Assembly (NCBI GenBank): GCA_002399235.1
Contig: DHDH01000001.1
Span: 24,594 to 88,593 of the forward strand
Reading direction: 5' to 3'
DNA from: Firmicutes bacterium UBA4881
GTDB lineage: Bacteria; Bacillota; DTU065
Length of the DNA: 64,000 nt
The position numbers and the translations under genes were made by a program. Shown here piece by piece: positions 48,649 to 59,251 of this stretch (its first letter is position 1; each line of letters begins with the position of its first letter). The notes beneath the pieces are model-generated. The model saw nothing but the letters and a program-made list of their open reading frames with translations, was not told where the DNA came from and ran no database searches.

Positions 48649-50151
48649 TTATAACTTACTAGATAATAACCAATCTACGATATCAAGATAGATTTTTTCT
48701 GGTGATTGGAAAACTTCTTCGATACCGAATTTAGGATTATTCAGAGGAGATGGAGTGAAGTAGTGAGTAAGATGAGGGTAGGTAATGACTTTAATCCCAG
48801 TAGATTTTTGAAATGCTCTTCTTAAGTCTTCTGCATGATGGGGAAGAACTTTGAGGTCAGCTTCACCTTGCAGAATTAACACAGGTTGAGTAACCAAACT
48901 AGCCAATTTACCTGTATCAGTTTCCATATGTTGTTTAAGGTAGGGGCCAGTAAAGCCAAGTGGAGTAATAGCTTGCCCTTTTTTCGCTAACCCTAGACTG
49001 GTTTTAGTTAGGTCCAAAAGTCCCTCAAGGTATTTGCGATTTTGTGCAGAAAGATTTGGTATACCTAACTGAGAATTAAGCTGTTCTAATAATATTTGAT
49101 CTAAAGATTGGCTTGGAGTAGCAAGTAAAATAAGAAAGGCTATATCATCTCTATTTGCAGCTAACTTAGTTGCGATTACTCCGCCTTCACTATGGCCTAA
49201 GATACCAATCTTTTTAACATCCGTTCGTGTTTTAAGGTAATCGATAGCTTTTACGCTATCTTCTATTAAGGTCTGAAGATCCTTATTCATATGGTTACCA
49301 GTGCTTTTGCCTGTACCTCGATCATCAAAGCGCAAGACACCATAGCCATTAGCTATTAGGTAGCGAGTTAAATGTTTAAAAAGGCTGTTATTCATCTCTG
49401 GGGGTGAATTGTTATCCCGGTCTTGGGGTCCAGAACCAGATAGCAGTAAAAGGACTGGAAACTGACCTGTGTTTTTAGGCAAATCTAATTCTCCGTGTAG
49501 TAAATCATTTTCACGGCTAATAACAACAGGAATCGAACGATAATTTATGTCTTGCTGTTTTTTAAATACCGTTTCCCAATCCTGTAGATAGCACTCTAAT
49601 CCTTGTGTTGGAATAGAAAGACGTACTAATTTATCTTCGAAAAAATAACCAAAAACAGCTAACTGTCCTACATTAACCTGACGAACTTTAGTATTATAAG
49701 GGCCGGGAGCCCAAGCAGAATAGTTCGCTTTAAGCATGAGTAGCTGAGAAGGAACCACAATTTGGGAAGGAGCATCTTGAAAAATATATGACCAGAGAAA
49801 AAAAGTGTTGTTCTCTACAGGATATAAACCTTTACCTCTAAATGTTCTACTTTGCTTTGCTACAGTAAATGTCGCTGAGTTACCTTTTAGGGTTCCTGTT
49901 ATAGAAACTTGATTATTTAAGTTAGCTTGATATAGTTCCGGTTGGTTACCTTTAAAAGCTAAAGTTTGAGAAAAAAGCAGTTTTTGTCCAGAAGCATTTA
50001 TCTCAGTGTTAGTAATGACTTGGTTATTAACAAAAACTACTTCTTCAAAACCTAATAAGGCATCACCCATGTAGATTACATATTTTGTAGCTAAGGTTGG
50101 TAAAGAAATTAAAATAACTAAAATTAATAAAAAACATTTACGCATCTCCAT
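48649..50151 (-). CDS. Exported alpha/beta hydrolase with N-terminal beta-rich domain
   Basis: Signal peptide, SGSGPQDRD, RFDDRGTGKS, GHSEGG, QGEADLKV, LTHYF. Confidence 0.85.
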   Translation of the reverse strand: MEMRKCFLLILVILISLPTLATKYVIYMGDALLGFEEVVFVNNQVITNTEINASGQKLLFSQTLAFKGNQPELYQANLNNQVSITGTLKGNSATFTVAKQSRTFRGKGLYPVENNTFFLWSYIFQDAPSQIVVPSQLLMLKANYSAWAPGPYNTKVRQVNVGQLAVFGYFFEDKLVRLSIPTQGLECYLQDWETVFKKQQDINYRSIPVVISRENDLLHGELDLPKNTGQFPVLLLLSGSGPQDRDNNSPPEMNNSLFKHLTRYLIANGYGVLRFDDRGTGKSTGNHMNKDLQTLIEDSVKAIDYLKTRTDVKKIGILGHSEGGVIATKLAANRDDIAFLILLATPSQSLDQILLEQLNSQLGIPNLSAQNRKYLEGLLDLTKTSLGLAKKGQAITPLGFTGPYLKQHMETDTGKLASLVTQPVLILQGEADLKVLPHHAEDLRRAFQKSTGIKVITYPHLTHYFTPSPLNNPKFGIEEVFQSPEKIYLDIVDWLLSSKL

Positions 50152-50211
50152 TCACCTCGTACTTAGTACTACGATTATATTACAAGAAAGTTTCTTAGAG
50201 GAGGTAAGAAA

Positions 50212-50736
50212 ATGTTCTTTCGAGATTATTTTTGCTTAGATAGGCTTTTAGGTTTTCCATTCGAAGTCACTGCTATCTACACCGAAAAAGGTATAGTTTA
50301 TGTTGGTGTTAACGAGTTTAAGCCTCCAAAATTTATTACTTCCACACCTAAGTTGATCAATCTTAGTCACCTAATATTACGTCAGCAATTGGAAGAATAT
50401 TTTCGTGGTAAAAGGAAAATATTTGATCTCCAACTTGATTTAAGAACAACAGATTATCGCCGTAAAGTATATAACGCACTTCTAGCTATTCCTTATGGAG
50501 AGGTACGTACTTATAAACAAGTTGCTTGTAGTTTAGGTGTGCCAAATGGCCAAAGAGCAGTAGGTCAAGCTTTAAAAGCTAATCCATTACCAATAATTAT
50601 CCCTTGTCATCGTGTGGTAGCCGAAAGTGGGCTAGGTGGATTTAGCTTAGGGACAGAACTCAAAGAGGCACTTCTAGATCTAGAAAAAAGCTCTCTAAGA
50701 CCAAAGGACAATAAAGAGGTAGCTTTAGCAGAATAA
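50212..50736 (+). CDS. ogt: Methylated-DNA-protein-cysteine methyltransferase
   Basis: IPYGEVRTY, RAVGQA..ANP, PCHRV. Confidence 0.93.
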   Translation: MFFRDYFCLDRLLGFPFEVTAIYTEKGIVYVGVNEFKPPKFITSTPKLINLSHLILRQQLEEYFRGKRKIFDLQLDLRTTDYRRKVYNALLAIPYGEVRTYKQVACSLGVPNGQRAVGQALKANPLPIIIPCHRVVAESGLGGFSLGTELKEALLDLEKSSLRPKDNKEVALAE

Positions 50737-50777
50737 ATTGCGCTTTGGAGTTCAATTAACATGAATCTTACAGGTAA

Positions 50778-50806
50778 TTGACTTAGGGTTTTAAATATGA
50801 TAATCT
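50778..50806 (+). promoter_or_regulatory. SigA promoter of trpP
   Basis: TTGACT-N17-TAATCT with TGn extension. Confidence 0.55.
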
Positions 50807-50818
50807 TAGAGAAAGTTT

Positions 50819-50871
50819 TAGTTTAGCTTAGATAAGCTTAGATTAGAGGAGCTGAGTTTAGTTGAGTAGAG
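50819..50871 (+). promoter_or_regulatory. TRAP (MtrB) binding site: 11 NAG triplets with 2-nt spacers over the RBS and start codon
   Basis: TAG tt TAG ct TAG at AAG ct TAG at TAG ag GAG ct GAG tt TAG tt GAG ta GAG, exact 5-nt period. Confidence 0.85.
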
Positions 50872-51407
50872 AAAAAAATTTAACAAGAGATCTAACTTTA
50901 GCAGGTTTAATGGTGGCAGTTGGGTTTGTATTACATGGTTTTTTCCCAGCTATTGTAGCAGGAATGAAACCAGACTTTTCCTTGATAATGTTAATTTTAT
51001 TTGCTTTATTAAGAAGAGATCGTAAGATAACCATTGCTGCAGGGGTAGCTACAGCTATTATTACAGCACTGACAACAACCTTCCCAGGCGGACAGCTACC
51101 AAATATAATTGATAAATTACTAACTACAGCTGTTGTATTAGGGCTCACAATGTTTGCTGAAGGTTATTATAATGCTATCATTACCGGGATTATAGGTACA
51201 ATTGTAAGTGGTGTTACCTTCTTAACATCAGCTTTACTAATTTCTGGTTTACCAGCACCATACAAGGTTTTATTTTTCTCAGTTGTTTTACCGGCAACAG
51301 CTCTTAATACCGTAGCCATTGCGGTTCTTTACCCTGTTGTAGTTAAACTAAACCAGATGATAAAACCTAGAACCGCTACAGCATCTAGAACTACTAAAGT
51401 TGCATAA
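50862..51407 (+). CDS. trpP: Tryptophan transporter (ECF S-component)
   Basis: GMKPDFSLIML, TTTFPGGQLPNIIDK, VVLPATALN. TRAP-type site upstream; terminator at 51421-51448. Confidence 0.88.
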   Translation: MSREKNLTRDLTLAGLMVAVGFVLHGFFPAIVAGMKPDFSLIMLILFALLRRDRKITIAAGVATAIITALTTTFPGGQLPNIIDKLLTTAVVLGLTMFAEGYYNAIITGIIGTIVSGVTFLTSALLISGLPAPYKVLFFSVVLPATALNTVAIAVLYPVVVKLNQMIKPRTATASRTTKVA

Positions 51408-51543
51408 AGTTTGTAATTATAGCTGTTGACTATGTCAACAGCTTTTTTAGATCCATCTATTTCTGGTTTACCAGATCAGTTCAGTTTTATGTACATGGAA
51501 AGTGGGTGTGATTATTCACACCCACTTTATTATTAGGAAGTAA

Positions 51544-52590
51544 TTATTTTAGTTTGTTTATGAGGTTTTTGAGAAACAACAGATAATCATCTTCGGGTCC
51601 TTTATCAGCTTCCTTGAGGGAAGTTGCGAGAGTTTTAATCTGTTTAGTTTCTTTTTCTAGTTCGACAAGAACCTCTTCCAAGCCTTTATTTAGTTGCTCT
51701 TTCTCATCGGGGGTGAGTTTGTCAACAACAATATCGTGATGTAAGACCTGCAATGAGCAAGCACACTTTATTCTTAGATAGAGAAGCTTTTCAGCATCAT
51801 CTAATTTGAATTCTGCAAGTAGTGTTTCGACTAGTTCCAAAGCAGAGGCACAGTCATTATCTTCTAAAGCTTTGAGAGCTACAATTTTCAGAAAGTCTGC
51901 TACAAAGGTTTCTTTTTCGGGGTTATCACCTAAATTGCGTAATCTAGAGATAGCTAATGGTAGTTTACCAGCTGAGAGAGCAAGATTTACTCCGAAATCT
52001 TCTAACTCTTCGTAAAGAATAGCCCCTTTAACCCAAAGTTGTTCTGCTATGTCGAAATCTTTATGCATTACCAGGTGGGAAAGTAGTTGAAGCATTACTT
52101 TAGGTTCTGCACTTTCGAAGCGAGCTTCTATATCCTGACAAACAATCTCATGAGCAGCCCAATTAGTTCTTAAATGTTCATAGATAGCTAAGCGATCATA
52201 CCAAGCAAGAGCCTCATTTAGTTTTTCTTGCCAGAAAGTAAAAGGAATTTCTCTCTCTCCTAGAGCTTCGAAGGTGAGCATGAGGTTATAGGTGGTATAA
52301 GGATCTTTGGGAGCGGATTCAGCTATTTCTTTGGCTTTTTTAAAGTCACCTTGAAAAAAGGCACTCAGAGCTTGGCAGTGAGGAATGTCTACTAGGGGGT
52401 CACCCTTAGCTAGAGAATCAAAGAGACCCTCTGGTACGGTTTCCGAATAATTTTGGGGAAGGAGATAAGGCATCTCTAAAGCCCAAACAGCTCTTTCTAC
52501 AGGATTAGCAAGCTCTTCAACGAAATCTAAGGCCTCTGAAGGAGAAGTCTTGGCTAGCATTCTTTGCCAAAAAGGATTGTCATTTCTCAT
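51544..52590 (-). CDS. Hypothetical TPR-like helical protein
   Basis: TPR-like [14 protein letters not shown] overlap with tyrS. Shares motifs with 54149-55183. Confidence 0.6.
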   Translation of the reverse strand: MRNDNPFWQRMLAKTSPSEALDFVEELANPVERAVWALEMPYLLPQNYSETVPEGLFDSLAKGDPLVDIPHCQALSAFFQGDFKKAKEIAESAPKDPYTTYNLMLTFEALGEREIPFTFWQEKLNEALAWYDRLAIYEHLRTNWAAHEIVCQDIEARFESAEPKVMLQLLSHLVMHKDFDIAEQLWVKGAILYEELEDFGVNLALSAGKLPLAISRLRNLGDNPEKETFVADFLKIVALKALEDNDCASALELVETLLAEFKLDDAEKLLYLRIKCACSLQVLHHDIVVDKLTPDEKEQLNKGLEEVLVELEKETKQIKTLATSLKEADKGPEDDYLLFLKNLINKLK

Positions 52591-53792
52591 TTTTTTAACC
52601 TCGCAAATTTACGTTTACCGACCTGAAGGACCATACCATCATCGATGGTAACTTCTAGATTACCATCTTCTACTTTGTTATTATTTAGTTTGACACCGCC
52701 TTGTTCGATCATTCGGCGAGCCTCAGAGTTTGATTTAACTAGTTCACAATCTACCATAAGTTTGACGATCCAGACTTTTTCTTCGTTAATGGTAAACTCA
52801 GGAATATCTTCTGGTAAACCACCTGAACTGAATACTTTCTCAAATTCATCTCGAGCTTTGATCGCTGCTTCTTCTCCGTGGTATTGGCTAACAATCTGCA
52901 TACCAAGTCTGCTTTTGACAGCTTTAGGATGTAGAGAACCATCATTAAGGCAGGCTTTGATCTTATCTATTTCAGTTTTGTCCATGTTAGTTACAAGTTC
53001 AAAGTAGGTTATCATCATTTCATCAGCTAAAGACATGACCTTACCATACATAGTATTAGGATCTTCTGTGATACCAATGTAGTTACCTAAGCTTTTACTC
53101 ATCTTATTAACTCCATCGAGGCCAACTAAAAGAGGTAAACACATAACAATTTGAGGCTCTTGACCAGCATCTCTTTGCAAGTCACGGCCTAATAAGATAT
53201 TGAAGACTTGATCTGTGCCACCAAGTTCAACGTCAGCTTTAATCTCCACAGAGTCAGTAGCTTGCATGAGAGGGTAGATAAACTCTAAAATACTGATAGG
53301 TTGATTAGTAGAGTATCTTTTTGCAAAGTCATCTCTTTCAAGCATACGAGCCACAGTAATCTTGGAAGCCATGTCTGCTAAATCAGAAAAGGACATTTTG
53401 CTAAACCAGGCGCCATTAAAAGCTACTGTGGTTTGTTCTGGTTTAAGAATTTTAAAGACCTGCTCTTGATAGGTTTTAGCATTGGCTAAGACCTGCTCGT
53501 GAGTAAGACGAGGTCTAGTAGCTGATTTGCCAGAAGGATCGCCAATCATAGCGGTGTAATCACCAATAATTAATGTTACATTATGGCCTAGATCTTGAAA
53601 CTGTCTCAATTTTTGTAGGGGAACAGTGTGACCTAAATGGATATCAGAGCTAGTAGGGTCTACACCTAGTTTAACATTAAGGGGACGATTCTCTGCGATA
53701 GATTTTTCAAGTTTTTTAAGTAATTCATCTGCTGATACTACTTGGGCTACTCCTCGTAAGAGTACCTTAAGTTGTTCTTGAGCTGAAATCAT
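52587..53792 (-). CDS. tyrS: Tyrosine--tRNA ligase
   Basis: GVDPT..HLGH, GGTDQ, KMSKS, C-terminal S4 domain QVGKRKF. Confidence 0.97.
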   Translation of the reverse strand: MISAQEQLKVLLRGVAQVVSADELLKKLEKSIAENRPLNVKLGVDPTSSDIHLGHTVPLQKLRQFQDLGHNVTLIIGDYTAMIGDPSGKSATRPRLTHEQVLANAKTYQEQVFKILKPEQTTVAFNGAWFSKMSFSDLADMASKITVARMLERDDFAKRYSTNQPISILEFIYPLMQATDSVEIKADVELGGTDQVFNILLGRDLQRDAGQEPQIVMCLPLLVGLDGVNKMSKSLGNYIGITEDPNTMYGKVMSLADEMMITYFELVTNMDKTEIDKIKACLNDGSLHPKAVKSRLGMQIVSQYHGEEAAIKARDEFEKVFSSGGLPEDIPEFTINEEKVWIVKLMVDCELVKSNSEARRMIEQGGVKLNNNKVEDGNLEVTIDDGMVLQVGKRKFARLKK

Positions 53793-53809
53793 CAGCGCGC
53801 ACCTCCTAA

Positions 53810-54042
53810 AAATAAAAAAAAGAAACCGTCCCCCAGAAAGGGACGGTTAATACCGCGGTACCACCCTAGTTGCCCCCTAAGGGGCCACTTGATCCTTATA
53901 ACGGTAGGGAACCGAAGAAGGCTACTGAAAGTTCACCATCTTAGCTCTAGGGTGTACTTCATCTGAATTCTAGCTACCAGTTTACACCGACCACTGGCTC
54001 TCTAAAAGTCGAAGACAGACTACTCTCCCTGTCATTGCTTTA
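53810..54042 (-). ncRNA. T-box riboswitch (Tyr)
   Basis: Minus strand: AGTA/AGAGAG stem I motifs, GGTGTAA, specifier TAC (53954-53956), T-box AGGGTGGTACCGCG, terminator CCGTCCC/GGGACGG plus U-tract. Promoter TTGACG-N17-TAGAAT at 54048-54076. Confidence 0.93.
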
Positions 54043-54148
54043 TTCTCATTCTAAACAAAGTAAGTAAGAGCGTCAAGAGCAATTAAAATGAGAAAATCTT
54101 TTTCTGGTAAAACATTTATTTAAATTAGTATTAAAGTAAATTCCTTAA

Positions 54149-55183
54149 TTAAAGTTTTCTCTGCTTAAAAGCATAGTAGCTGTTTGTTTTGAAAATTTCT
54201 GGTTCGATTTTTAGTTTGTCCTCTTCCTTAGGATTAGTAGTTAGAAAAGAATTGACACTTTCTGCAAGTAGTTCTTCATACTTAAGGTTAATACTAGATA
54301 CTTGACCTAAAAGCTTAATGGCAGTAACATATTCCTGCATGTCCCAAAGATTACTAAACCAAAGTTCACCAATTCTGCTAAGAAGACGGGCAGCTTCTCT
54401 AGCTGGTTTGGAGTTCGGAAACTGGCGGTTAAGCTGATGATAATAACTAGTGGCGGCGGTAAAGTCAGTTTTTTCTAAACAGATCTGCAAAATATAAAAC
54501 TGCAGATCAAGATTGTTGGGCTGTTCGAAAACTGCCTTTTTCCAGATATTTTCTGCTATACTTAATTCGTGAAGGGAGAGTAAAATCTCTAATACCTCCC
54601 AATAAGCACTAGCACTTTGTTTGGAAGATTCATTTAAAAGTAGGAGTATTTCTTCACGATTTAGGGGGAATTTCTTAAGAGCTAAAGCTAATTCGATGTA
54701 ACTTAATGAAGGTAGAATACTCTTGATATAAGCAGAAGCTTTCTCTAAATTATTTAATTTAGCATAGGTTAAAGCAATATTAAAATAGAGGTGCTTATCA
54801 TCTAAAAGTTGAATTTCTGTTTTCAAGTAGTAGTCTAAAGCTTTATTAAATTCACCTTGGAGGTAAAAAGCTGTACCTGAGAGCATATTTAAGTAGGGCT
54901 CTTCACTTTCGATACTCTGTAAGTCGCTGTTGATGTTTCCTAGCACAAAATCACGATATTCGGGTAAATGATTAATATGGGCCATATTCCAACCTACAGG
55001 TAGGTAGTAAGGTAGCTCCATATTTAAATAAGCTCTTTTAATTTCATCTCTGAGAATGTTAACAGCCTCAATATATTGATTGATATCTTCTAATTGATAT
55101 GTTTTTAAGGCATAGGCCATTTCTATCTCTTCTAAGCAGGCTGTTTTCAAAAGACCAAGTACTTGGTAAGCGTTTTTTGACAC
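54149..55183 (-). CDS. TPR protein with a degenerate N-terminal J-domain
   Basis: NAYQVLGL...EEIEMAY...EAVNILRDEIKRAY with no HPD. TPR motifs GTAFYLQGEFNKA, FNIALTYAKLNNLEKA. Confidence 0.65.
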   Translation of the reverse strand: MSKNAYQVLGLLKTACLEEIEMAYALKTYQLEDINQYIEAVNILRDEIKRAYLNMELPYYLPVGWNMAHINHLPEYRDFVLGNINSDLQSIESEEPYLNMLSGTAFYLQGEFNKALDYYLKTEIQLLDDKHLYFNIALTYAKLNNLEKASAYIKSILPSLSYIELALALKKFPLNREEILLLLNESSKQSASAYWEVLEILLSLHELSIAENIWKKAVFEQPNNLDLQFYILQICLEKTDFTAATSYYHQLNRQFPNSKPAREAARLLSRIGELWFSNLWDMQEYVTAIKLLGQVSSINLKYEELLAESVNSFLTTNPKEEDKLKIEPEIFKTNSYYAFKQRKL

Positions 55184-55219
55184 CTCTATCCACTCCCTTT
55201 TTGGTAAAAATAAATTACA

Positions 55220-55245
55220 AGGATTTATTAGGTTAAGTTGCGAAT
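55220..55245 (+). promoter_or_regulatory. SigH-type promoter
   Basis: AGGA-N18-GAAT upstream of PBP1A. Confidence 0.5.
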
Positions 55246-55282
55246 CTTTAAGAACAGGAGAATCCTGAGGAAGGTGTATGAT

Positions 55283-57640
55283 ATGGCTAAAAGCAAAAAT
55301 AATCGAATTGTTTTACGCGTTATACTAATAACAATAGTTGTTATTATAGGTATTCTAGGTGGAACTGCTGCAACCCTTGTAGCCAACGCTTTAAAAACTG
55401 TACCTAGCCTTGAGGATATAAAATTTAGTCCTAAATTGGCAACGTCTATTTATGACCGCAATGGCCAGCTAATCCAGAGGTTGTTTATTGAAAATAGAAT
55501 TTGGGCTCCAATCGCCGAGATACCTAAAAATTTGCAAGAAGCCATTATAGCAGTTGAAGATCATGAATTTTATTCTCATCATGGGGTCAACCCTAAGGCT
55601 ATTTTGAGGTCATTGTTTCTCAATATAAAGACCAAAAGTTTAAGTTATGGTGGCAGTACAATTACTCAACAGTTAGCTAAAAATGCTTTCTTGACGCAAG
55701 AAAAGAAATTAGCCCGTAAGGTTAAAGAAGCTATCTGGGCTATCCAGATCGAACGAGCTTATACTAAAGATGAGATCCTAGAGACTTATCTTAATGAGAT
55801 ATGGTTTGGACATGGTGCTTATGGAGTTGAAGCAGCTGCCCAGCTATATTTCGGTAAGCATGTAGATGAACTTAATTTAGAAGAGATGGCACTTATTGCT
55901 GGTGTTACTAATAACCCCAGTCTTTTCTCTCCAAGGGTGAATATGGAAAAAGCTAAATCTAGACGTGACCTAGTTCTCAAGCGTATGTGGGAAGAAGGTT
56001 ACATCTCTAAAGATATTTATCAAGAAACAATCGAGAAGCCTATTGTTCTGTATGAAAAAGTTGCTGGCAGCAAGAAAACAGCTTCCTATTTTATCGAAAC
56101 AATACAACATTGGCTTTTAGAAAAGTATGGCTACGATAAGGTGTATAGTGGAGGCTTAGAAGTTTACACTACACTTGATCTTAATATGCAAAAACTTGCT
56201 GAGGAAACCTTACTTACAACTCTTCCCAATGGAGGAACCGACAAAAACGGCCTTACCCAACCTCAAGGAGCTTTAATTACCATTAATAACAAAACTGGTG
56301 AGATTTTAGCAATGGTTGGAGGTAGGGGAGAAGATAAGCTTAACAGAGCCTTACAGACTTATCGCCAACCAGGTTCGTCAATTAAACCATTTATTTATGC
56401 AACTGCTCTTGGGCAAGGTTATACTCCAGCTTCGATCTTTGTTGATGAACCAATAGAATATAAACTACCTTCTGGTGAGCTTTGGCCTGTACGGAATTAC
56501 CATCGCGATTACAGAGGGCCTATGACACTTAGATATGCTCTAGAAATGTCTACGAACGTTATTGCGGTTCAATTGTTAGATAAAGTTAGCGTTGACGCGG
56601 TAATTAAGACAATTAAAAAGCTAGGAATTACTAGTTTAATTGAATCTGGGCAAATTAATGATAAGGGACTATCACCACTTGCTTTAGGTGCTTTGACTAA
56701 AGGTGTATCGTTAGTACAAATGGCAGCAGCCTATGGTGCTTTTGCTAATCAAGGTATCTATTATGAACCGTTTTATATTTCTCGAATTGAAGAACCAAAT
56801 GGTAAAGTTATTTTTATTAACCACTCTAAACCTAATGTAGCTTTGGACGAAAAGGTAGCTTACGTTCTCACTGATATGTTAAAAGGTGTCGTTACTAGTG
56901 GTACAGCCAAACAAGCTAATATTGGTAGGCCACAAGCTGGTAAAACTGGAACTACTGATAACTATCAAGATGCTTGGTACGTAGGCTTTACACCTGAGTT
57001 AGTAACAGCTATTTGGGTAGGAGAAGACTTTCCTAAAGAGATGATCTATAATGATAGGAAATATGGTAGCTGGGATTGTGCTTCAATTTGGGGTAAATAT
57101 ATGAAAAAAGTTGTTGCTGATACAGAACCTACTGATTTTCTAAGACCATCCGGTCTTACTGATTTAGATATCTGCACAGAATCTGGCCTAATTGCTCAAG
57201 CTAACTGCCCGAATGTTAGAAAAGAAATATTTATTAGTGGCTCTGAACCGAAAGCACTCTGTACACTTCATGAACCTCAAAGTAGTAATCGAGATCGTAA
57301 CATGATACCATTAGACCTCGATTTTGAAGAGGATGAGACAGATACCGGTACTAACTTTATGAACAGTCTCTTGGACCTTTTTGGTAAACAAGAAACCAAG
57401 CCTGAACCTAAGCCTATAGAAGAGACAGAAGATATTACTACTCAGCAACCTTCCAATGAGAATAATCCAGATATAAAAGCCGGTGATAATGTACCAGATT
57501 ATCTGGTTACAGTGGAGCTTTGTGGAGATTCTGGGAAGGTAGCAACACCTGCTTGTCCAGCTTCTAAAATCTACAAAATTAATTATTTAAAAGGTACTGA
57601 ACCTACTGAAGAATGCGATATACATGGCGGTGAGCAATAA
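55283..57640 (+). CDS. Class A penicillin-binding protein (PBP1A)
   Basis: Transglycosylase motifs EDHEFYSHHG, GGSTITQQLAKN, RKVKE. Transpeptidase motifs QPGSSIK, STN, GKTGTT. Confidence 0.95.
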   Translation: MAKSKNNRIVLRVILITIVVIIGILGGTAATLVANALKTVPSLEDIKFSPKLATSIYDRNGQLIQRLFIENRIWAPIAEIPKNLQEAIIAVEDHEFYSHHGVNPKAILRSLFLNIKTKSLSYGGSTITQQLAKNAFLTQEKKLARKVKEAIWAIQIERAYTKDEILETYLNEIWFGHGAYGVEAAAQLYFGKHVDELNLEEMALIAGVTNNPSLFSPRVNMEKAKSRRDLVLKRMWEEGYISKDIYQETIEKPIVLYEKVAGSKKTASYFIETIQHWLLEKYGYDKVYSGGLEVYTTLDLNMQKLAEETLLTTLPNGGTDKNGLTQPQGALITINNKTGEILAMVGGRGEDKLNRALQTYRQPGSSIKPFIYATALGQGYTPASIFVDEPIEYKLPSGELWPVRNYHRDYRGPMTLRYALEMSTNVIAVQLLDKVSVDAVIKTIKKLGITSLIESGQINDKGLSPLALGALTKGVSLVQMAAAYGAFANQGIYYEPFYISRIEEPNGKVIFINHSKPNVALDEKVAYVLTDMLKGVVTSGTAKQANIGRPQAGKTGTTDNYQDAWYVGFTPELVTAIWVGEDFPKEMIYNDRKYGSWDCASIWGKYMKKVVADTEPTDFLRPSGLTDLDICTESGLIAQANCPNVRKEIFISGSEPKALCTLHEPQSSNRDRNMIPLDLDFEEDETDTGTNFMNSLLDLFGKQETKPEPKPIEETEDITTQQPSNENNPDIKAGDNVPDYLVTVELCGDSGKVATPACPASKIYKINYLKGTEPTEECDIHGGEQ

Positions 57641-57788
57641 TTAGTTCAGGTCTTGGACATTCTCTATTCTTTCATGTACAATTGATCTAGAAAAAGGCAA
57701 AGGTTGTTACAACCTTTGCCTCTCACTGTTGATGTATTTTAGCTTAATAAAATAAGTAGTTGATAGTAGTGGAAGGAGACGGATTTTA

Positions 57789-59237
57789 GTGAGCGAAGTT
57801 AGAGTTCGTTTTGCTCCCTCACCTACAGGGGACCCACATGTAGGCAATATACGTACGGCTTTGTTTAATTATCTATATGCACGGCATACAGGCGGTAAAT
57901 TTATTGTCCGCATTGAGGATACAGATCAAGTGCGCCTTAAAGAGGGCAGTGACCAGGCAATCTTTGATAGTCTACGTTGGTTAGGCATGAATTGGGATGA
58001 AGGACCAGATTGTGGTGGTCCTCATGCTCCTTACAGACAGTCGGAAAGATTAGAGTTATATAAAAAGCATGCCTTAGAGCTTGTAGAAAAGGGTATGGCT
58101 TATTATTGTTTCTGTTCTGCAGAAAGATTAGATCAGATGCGTCAAATTCAAGAGGCTGCTAAAAAAGCACCGATGTATGATCGCAAATGTCTTAATCTAA
58201 CTAAAGAGGAGATTAAGGCCAAAATAGACGCTGGTGAACCCTATGTGATTAGACTTAAAGTTCCAAGAGAAGGAACAACTGAATTTGAAGATATCATTAG
58301 AGGTAAAGTGTCTTTTGAGAATAGTGTAGTAGACGATCAAGTCCTTTTAAAAAGTGATGGTTTCCCAACCTATCATTTAGCTTGCGTAGTTGATGACCAT
58401 TATATGGGTATTACTAATGTAATTAGAGCAGAAGAGTGGATCTCTAGCACTCCTAAACATATTATGCTCTACGAAGCATTTGGCTGGACCCCACCTCGTT
58501 TTGCCCATTGTCCAATGGTTTTGGCACCAGATAGGAGTAAGCTAAGTAAGAGACATGGTGCAACTGGTGTTAAACAGTTTAGAGATCTAGGTTACCTACC
58601 AGAAGCATTGGTTAATTTCCTTGCCTTTTTAGGTTGGGCTCCACAAGATGAAAGAGAGATCTTTTCTTTAGATGAACTTTGCGAAGCATTTGAATTAGAA
58701 CGGGTTAATAAAGCTGGCGCTATCTTTGATATGAACAAATTAGATTGGTATAACGGCTATTATATCAGACATATTGCCACAGAAGATTTAGCAAATCGCA
58801 CTTTGCCATTTTTAGAAAAAGCGGGTATTGTACCAAACGATCATGATTATCTAGTTAAATGCGTTGCTTTAGTACAAGAAAGAATGAAAAACTTAGCTGA
58901 AGCTCCAGAGCTATTAGACTTTTTCTTTAAGCAGCCTGAATATGAGCCTAGCTTGCTCATTCCCAAAAAGAGCGACGTCGAGACCTCTAAAAAAGCCCTA
59001 GCTAAATGTAAGGAAGTTTTAGCAGGATTAGATGCTTGGGAGCATGATGCTATGGAAGAGGCTTTAAGGAAGGCTGCTGAAGAACTTGGTATTAAATCTG
59101 GTCAGATCCTCTGGCCTCTAAGAGCGGCTTTAACTGGCAAACCAGCATCACCAGGTGCTTTTGAAGTTACTTTAGTATTAGGTAAAAAAGAAGCACTAGC
59201 TCGTCTAGACATAGCTCTAGAAAGACTCTCCCGTTAA
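57789..59237 (+). CDS. gltX: Glutamate--tRNA ligase
   Basis: RFAPSPTG..HVGN, RIEDTD, KLSKRHG. Promoter TGGACA-N17-TACAAT at 57654-57682. Confidence 0.97.
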   Translation: MSEVRVRFAPSPTGDPHVGNIRTALFNYLYARHTGGKFIVRIEDTDQVRLKEGSDQAIFDSLRWLGMNWDEGPDCGGPHAPYRQSERLELYKKHALELVEKGMAYYCFCSAERLDQMRQIQEAAKKAPMYDRKCLNLTKEEIKAKIDAGEPYVIRLKVPREGTTEFEDIIRGKVSFENSVVDDQVLLKSDGFPTYHLACVVDDHYMGITNVIRAEEWISSTPKHIMLYEAFGWTPPRFAHCPMVLAPDRSKLSKRHGATGVKQFRDLGYLPEALVNFLAFLGWAPQDEREIFSLDELCEAFELERVNKAGAIFDMNKLDWYNGYYIRHIATEDLANRTLPFLEKAGIVPNDHDYLVKCVALVQERMKNLAEAPELLDFFFKQPEYEPSLLIPKKSDVETSKKALAKCKEVLAGLDAWEHDAMEEALRKAAEELGIKSGQILWPLRAALTGKPASPGAFEVTLVLGKKEALARLDIALERLSR

Positions 59238-59251
59238 AAAGTAGGGAGCCC

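Noticed and set aside
57694-57722. Hairpin in the gltX leader as a T-box
   Set aside because: No T-box consensus or specifier stem, and the leader is too short.
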